NCBI GenBank assembly: GCA_038207085.1
Contig: JBBRAE010000013.1
Location: 8,444 to 72,443 of the forward strand
Reading direction: 5' to 3'
Length of the DNA stretch: 64,000 nucleotides
Source of the DNA: Armatimonadota bacterium
GTDB taxonomy: Bacteria > Armatimonadota > UBA5829 > DTLH01
Shown: in pieces, positions 59,655-64,000 of the stretch
Numbering within the stretch: position 1 is the first letter of the stretch
Layout: each line of letters starts with the position of its first letter
The notes under the pieces: model-generated
Told to the model about the DNA's origin: nothing
The model's input: only the letters and a program-made list of their open reading frames with translations
Database searches by the model: none
Program-made: the position numbers and the translations under genes

Positions 59655-60281
59655 ATGACTCGAAAAGCTCTCATTCTCCTCGCGGTCGCGTTGGCGGCCA
59701 GCACTTTTGGATGCGGCGGATCCGACAACAACGAAAATAATAACTTCATCACGATCACCGAGTTTCAGTTCCAGCCCAGTCAGACAACTGTACCGGTGGG
59801 CACTACCGTTCAGTGGCTCAATGCAGGCAACGCGACCCACAGCGTGGTCAGCGGCACTCTCAATGCTACAAGATTTCCCACAACGACTCAGGTAGACGTA
59901 TTCCCGGACCAGTTCTCGATGCTGAACCTCAACCTGGACCTCGGAGATCAGGTGATCTTTACCAACCAGGGACCAGTCCAGGCTCAAGTCCGCGTTCAAG
60001 ACCAAAACAACAGTGTCATCTTCCTGAGCGCCGTTCTGAACCCCACCCAGCAGGCCATCTGGCGGACAACAAAGGTTGGTCGGTTCTCCATCACCAACGC
60101 CCTGAGCCCAGGATCAATCATCGCCACCACGGTCACCGGATTCCCCGATGCCAATGGGCTCTTCGACAGCGGGGTTATCACCCCAGGCGGCAAGTTTCAG
60201 TTCACGTTCAATATCCCCGGCACATTCACATATTTTTGCGGCGTACATTTCGAAGAACAGGGGACAATTACTGTTCAGTAA
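59655..60281 (+). CDS. Cupredoxin-domain lipoprotein with a nested second cupredoxin-like module
   Basis: Lipobox TFGC; F.P..TVPVGTTV.W.N...HSV; FDSG..PG..F.FTF..PGTFTYFC..H. Confidence 0.82.
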   Translation: MTRKALILLAVALAASTFGCGGSDNNENNNFITITEFQFQPSQTTVPVGTTVQWLNAGNATHSVVSGTLNATRFPTTTQVDVFPDQFSMLNLNLDLGDQVIFTNQGPVQAQVRVQDQNNSVIFLSAVLNPTQQAIWRTTKVGRFSITNALSPGSIIATTVTGFPDANGLFDSGVITPGGKFQFTFNIPGTFTYFCGVHFEEQGTITVQ

Positions 60282-60284
60282 CAC

Positions 60285-60363
60285 TAGCCCGCTTTATTCG
60301 TGAAGCGAATAAAGCTCTCGCTAGCAAAGCATTATTCACGCTCCTCGTGAATAATGCGGGCTA
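60285..60363 (+). repeat. Family-1 79-bp palindromic repeat
   Basis: Terminal inversion extends to acactagcccgc/gcgggctagtgt. Confidence 0.93.
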
Positions 60364-60399
60364 GTGTGTGACGCCGGTGAGCTAATCGGCGTCACACAC
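60364..60399. terminator. Stem-loop between convergent genes
   Basis: gtgtgtgacgccg...cggcgtcacacac. Confidence 0.6.
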
Positions 60400-60408
60400 A
60401 CACAAGCT

Positions 60409-61689
60409 CTAGTCAATAACAAACGTATTGAACGAGTAGCCCTCAAGCGTAGCTGATATACCCTCGAAGACGAACTCGCGCGCCTCCGCCCACGGGTTTC
60501 CGACAACCACCACCCGTCCGCCATCGGGGTTTTCGAAGGCAACAGCGTTACCAGCCCAAGCACCTGTGAGGCCGAGCCGCACCGCGCCCTTGTCAACAAA
60601 CCGCGAGAAATGCTTCATCACAAAGAACTCGGGGTTATACGTGACGCTCTTTACCTTGCGATCAACGGTAACCATCGCGTTCTGATGCCATCCCCAGGTA
60701 CTTAGGCCACCCGGCTCAAGGACCATATTCCAGTAGACATAGCCGTGCGCCCCATTGGTGATGTAGTGCCACAGGAGTTCGTAGACGTAGCGAGCGTACA
60801 CCCAGGAGTTCTTACCGTCGCCACACTCGTTTTCGGTCTGCATGATGCCGGTCTCGGGCCACGCGATCGATGTGCGTTGAATAGCGCCCTTCCCTGACCA
60901 CTGGAAGCCGATTCCAGAGACATACTGCGCCGCCTCAGGGTCTGAGAGCACCGTGTTGGGATAGCCGTTGTAGTCGTCAGTGTTAAGAGTCCCAAACCAT
61001 ATCTCGCAGTCGAGCCCAGCAGTCTTGAACGCCGGGCCAAGATGGTCGCGAATAAAGTCAGTCATCTGCTGCCCGGTCCAGACGCACGACGGGAACTTCT
61101 GATCAGCTAGCGGCTCGTTTTGCACGTGCACCTGATTGATACTGATCCCAGCCTCTTTGTACGCCTGCACAAACTTGACGAAGTAGAGCGCGTAAGCGTC
61201 CAGATACTTCTTGTCCCACATCATCGTGCCATAGTTATAGGCCTTCGGGAACTTGAACCACGTCGGTGGGCTCCAAGGGGAGGCAAAGAGCTTCATGTCA
61301 GGACGAAGCTTCATAGCTTCCTTGATATAGGGGATAAGTATCTTCTCGTCACGTTCTATAGAGAAGTTCTTCATCTCAAAATCGCCGTCGGTCTCGTTGT
61401 GGCTGTACCACTCCGCGGCGTAGTCACTCGCGCCAATGGGCAGTCGGCACAAGTTGAACCGGCAACCGTCTTTTGGGTCAAACAGAGCCTGAATGATCTC
61501 CCTGCGCTTGGTCTCCTCGATATCGGAAAGCGCGATCCAGCCAAGCTCGTTAAAGCATCCGCCGAACCCGTCCCAAGTCTGGTGCCTGCTCCCGGAAACT
61601 GCCAGGTTCGCACCCGAATCAGACTTTCCCACTTGTTTTTCCTGCCATTGTGACTGCTGGGTAGTAGAAACCCACTTCAAGTCCTGCAT
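60409..61689 (-). CDS. Glycoside hydrolase family 30 (glucosylceramidase-like), no signal peptide
   Basis: GFGGCFNE, RLPIGASD, ASPWSPP.W.K, QNEP acid/base, QTE nucleophile, YVYWN. Confidence 0.93.
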   Translation of the reverse strand: MQDLKWVSTTQQSQWQEKQVGKSDSGANLAVSGSRHQTWDGFGGCFNELGWIALSDIEETKRREIIQALFDPKDGCRFNLCRLPIGASDYAAEWYSHNETDGDFEMKNFSIERDEKILIPYIKEAMKLRPDMKLFASPWSPPTWFKFPKAYNYGTMMWDKKYLDAYALYFVKFVQAYKEAGISINQVHVQNEPLADQKFPSCVWTGQQMTDFIRDHLGPAFKTAGLDCEIWFGTLNTDDYNGYPNTVLSDPEAAQYVSGIGFQWSGKGAIQRTSIAWPETGIMQTENECGDGKNSWVYARYVYELLWHYITNGAHGYVYWNMVLEPGGLSTWGWHQNAMVTVDRKVKSVTYNPEFFVMKHFSRFVDKGAVRLGLTGAWAGNAVAFENPDGGRVVVVGNPWAEAREFVFEGISATLEGYSFNTFVID

Positions 61690-61872
61690 GCGATAGTCAC
61701 TCCTGTTCAGTAGTTTGCATAATTACAATCAGTAGTCGTGGGTCCCCACTGATACGCATCCCCACAGCCTACCAGGCATTCTTCAACTGCCAACAGAAGA
61801 ATTCCTCCAATCCAATCCACTTTTCACCGGTGACGTTGTGAGGTATCAGTCAAAGCCAAGTTAAGCGTGCAT

Positions 61873-61910
61873 TAGCCCGCTTTAGTCGCTTGACAAATAA
61901 AGCTTTCGCT
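61873..61910 (+). repeat. Degenerate half copy of the family-1 repeat
   Basis: tagcccgctttagtcgcttgacaaataaagctttcgct. Confidence 0.75.
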
Positions 61911-61931
61911 CAACACTCCGTACAATAAATA

Positions 61932-61985
61932 GAGGTTGGATGCTGAAGGGTGGTATTTGACAACCAACCTCCAGCTTCCAACCTC
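61932..61985. repeat. Hairpin of 7-nt units downstream of the tRNAs
   Basis: gaggttggatgctgaagggtggt ... accaacctccagcttccaacctc. Confidence 0.65.
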
Positions 61986-61992
61986 AATACCC

Positions 61993-62068
61993 TGGCGCCC
62001 TCGGAGGGAATCGAACCCCCAACGCCCTCCTTAGGACGGAGGCGCTCTATCCAGTGAGCTACGAGGGC
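61993..62068 (-). tRNA. tRNA-Arg(CCT)
   Basis: 76-nt cloverleaf; anticodon arm cctcc-gtCCTaa-ggagg; TTCGA T-loop; encoded CCA. Confidence 0.93.
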
Positions 62069-62075
62069 AATGATA

Positions 62076-62151
62076 TGGCGCGCTTGGAGGGACTCGAACC
62101 CCCGACCTAAAGGTCCGCAACCTTTCGCTCTATCCTCTGAGCTACAAGCGC
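62076..62151 (-). tRNA. tRNA-Arg(GCG)
   Basis: 76-nt cloverleaf; anticodon arm aaagg-ttGCGga-ccttt; TTCGA T-loop; encoded CCA. Confidence 0.95.
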
Positions 62152-62165
62152 ACTACCAAGATCAG

Positions 62166-62194
62166 ATTATAGCACACCGCCTCGGGGCTGTCAA
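62166..62194 (-). promoter_or_regulatory. Consensus sigma70 promoter of the tRNA pair
   Basis: TTGACA-N17-TATAAT with an extended TG. Confidence 0.88.
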
Positions 62195-62509
62195 CGCTTT
62201 TTGTCCGTGCTTATAGCGATTCTAGCAGTATTTGTGTCGAGCCATACCTAAGAGCAACACCATCACAGCAGTTGGAGCAAACAACCAAAAACCTGGTAAT
62301 GTGCACGCAGATTATAGCGCAAATACGAGTATTACTGAGGAACGATATAGATGTAGCACACTTGAACTGATTTTCGTTGTCTACCGATGCGGCAATACCG
62401 CGTGTAGATGTTTCTCGTCAATACTTGCAGATGCCGAAGACTCGGGTTAATCCACCGCTGGAAGCGGGTCACGTCAGCCGACAGAACTATACAAACAGAG
62501 GAGGTCCAT

Positions 62510-63661
62510 ATGCAGCAGCTGGACCTGAACAAGATCGTCCCCGCCGAGGGGCAGCCACGAAAGACATTCTATGATGATACGCTTGAAGAGCTCTCGCGGT
62601 CCATAAAGGAACGCGGAGTGCTTGAGCCTATAGTCGTTCGCCCAATGGGCGACGGCACTTACCAGATCGTCATGGGCGAACGCCGGTGGCGTGCCAGTCG
62701 TCTTGCGGGCCTCACTGAGATACCTGCAATTGTCAGGGAACTGAACGACGAGGACGCTGCTGCCGATGCCCTTCTTGAGAACTTCCAGCGCGAAGATCTC
62801 AACCCAGTTGAACGAGCACAGGCAGTCAAACAACTGCTGGCCTTTATGGATATGGAGCAGTGCTGCAGGACTCTCGGGGTTGTCGAATCCACACTCAGGC
62901 GCTATATGGAACTTCTCGATCTACCGGAATCGATCCAGCAGGAGCTATCCAAGCGCTCAGATCAGGATGATGGTTCGTTCCTTGAGGGACATGCGCGGCT
63001 TCTCAAGGCTTTCACTGGTGACGAAAAGACCCAGCTCCGGGTCGCTCAGAAGATAAAGTCCGAGCGACTATCTATCGACGAGACGCAGAAGCTTATCGAA
63101 GCGGTCAAAGAGATGCCGGCAAAAGCCGAGGCGTTTCTGCGGGTGCCACTGAACGTAACTCAGGAGATTTTGCGACACGCCGGTCGCACTACGGAGAAGA
63201 AACGAAACTTCAAACCACAAACCGCAGAAGTTCACCTAAAACAAATACTAAAGACCGCGACCGGAATTACCGATCTATTGGATGACCGCATCGGAGAGTT
63301 CCTGTCGGAAACTCAAATGAACCAGCTGCTCTCGTGCGTATCTGAGATGAACGAGAAACTCGAAAGGTTCGGGCGGATGGTGCGAACCAGTCTGCAGCGA
63401 AATGACCGAGGGTTCAAAGAGATTTACGTCCACTGCCCGCTCTGCGGCAGAATCGAACTTGTAGGAAGCCTGCGTTGCGCGGTCTGCTGGACAGTGCTCC
63501 GAAGATGCTACGACTGTGGCAATTACGATCAGACCTACCAGCGCTGTTCCGTCAGCGAAGGTTACGTCTATATGTCTGAAGCGGAGTCGCCTGATGAATA
63601 CTCCGCCTCTTACAAGTGCGAAGAGTATAAACCCAGGTTTGAGCCGCGTAAAGCCGCTTAG
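62510..63661 (+). CDS. ParB/Spo0J-family protein with a C-terminal Cys-rich domain
   Basis: QPRKTF, GVLEPIVVR, GERRWRA, ENFQREDLNPVE, HTH; tail CPLC/CAVC/CYDC/C/C; RBS gaggagg before ATG 62510. Confidence 0.9.
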   Translation: MQQLDLNKIVPAEGQPRKTFYDDTLEELSRSIKERGVLEPIVVRPMGDGTYQIVMGERRWRASRLAGLTEIPAIVRELNDEDAAADALLENFQREDLNPVERAQAVKQLLAFMDMEQCCRTLGVVESTLRRYMELLDLPESIQQELSKRSDQDDGSFLEGHARLLKAFTGDEKTQLRVAQKIKSERLSIDETQKLIEAVKEMPAKAEAFLRVPLNVTQEILRHAGRTTEKKRNFKPQTAEVHLKQILKTATGITDLLDDRIGEFLSETQMNQLLSCVSEMNEKLERFGRMVRTSLQRNDRGFKEIYVHCPLCGRIELVGSLRCAVCWTVLRRCYDCGNYDQTYQRCSVSEGYVYMSEAESPDEYSASYKCEEYKPRFEPRKAA

Positions 63662-63718
63662 AATGGGTATACCACAGTTAGTTAGGGGAGTAACGAAGCA
63701 CTACTCCACACTTTCTCT

Positions 63719-63797
63719 TAGCCCGCTTTATTCGCTTGATGAATAAAGCTTTCGCTAACAGAGCATTATTCACGCTCCTCGTGAATAATGCGGGCTA
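63719..63797 (+). repeat. Family-1 79-bp palindromic repeat
   Basis: tagcccgctttattcgcttgatgaataaagc...cgtgaataatgcgggcta. Confidence 0.92.
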
Positions 63798-63801
63798 GGA
63801 G

Positions 63802-64000
63802 CAATACGGTTCATATTAGCACTTTTTGTGCCATCCTATATATAGCAGTATCGTTGGAAGTATATGAGGATGGCTCGAACATCAAGTAAAATGCCTGGCG
63901 GGGCAAGGATAGCTGATTATGTCAATTTGGGCGTGATTGCAAAAACTTTCCCGGCAGAGGCTGTGGATAATATACTCAATGAGACCGGAAAACAGACCAA
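63802..64000 (+). mobile_element. IS4-family insertion sequence, left end (truncated by the window)
   Basis: IR-like caatacggttcatattag at 63802-63819; lower GC; transposase start follows. Confidence 0.75.
63870..64000 (+). CDS. IS4-family transposase (3'-partial)
   Basis: Hand translation MARTSSKMPGGARIADYVNLGVIAKTFPAEAVDNILNETGKQT resembles the IS4 N-terminal domain. Confidence 0.75.
   Translation, partial: MARTSSKMPGGARIADYVNLGVIAKTFPAEAVDNILNETGKQT

Noticed and set aside
62409..62424. parS-like site upstream of the orphan parB
   Set aside because: Five mismatches out of 16 to the consensus

Overview
Chromosomal window from an anaerobic, moderately GC-rich bacterium; the gene inventory and the C-terminal module of the giant secreted protein suggest Armatimonadota, which is an inference only. 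1-9.9 kb holds a Wood-Ljungdahl carbonyl-branch cluster: 5'-truncated CODH, a 1222-aa acetyl-CoA synthase fused to the CFeSP small subunit (AcsB-linker-AcsD), AcsC, the corrinoid activator AcsV/RACo, and a stand-alone homocysteine S-methyltransferase domain where AcsE might be expected. It is followed by obgE-proB, two paralogous secreted proteins of unknown function, a separately promoted nuoH-N operon, secG, proA-nadD-LCP-rsfS, a divergent Prs paralogue operon, and the conserved nusA-infB-rbfA-truB-ribF-rpsO-pnp-dapB-asd-rnj block (no rimP or ylxQ). The right end holds an Lnt-like protein, ndk, a 1614-aa secreted multidomain protein, a small cluster with SigB-like promoters (KGG stress protein, paralogous exported proteins, panD, nested cupredoxin), a GH30 hydrolase, tRNA-Arg(GCG) and tRNA-Arg(CCT), an orphan ParB with a Cys-rich tail, and the start of an IS4-family element. 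At least three families of palindromic intergenic repeats and several 7-nt-periodic hairpins occur. One 58-aa membrane/Cys4 ORF is missing from the ORF track. No CRISPR array or rRNA was seen. All calls come from reading motifs by eye; no database searches were run.
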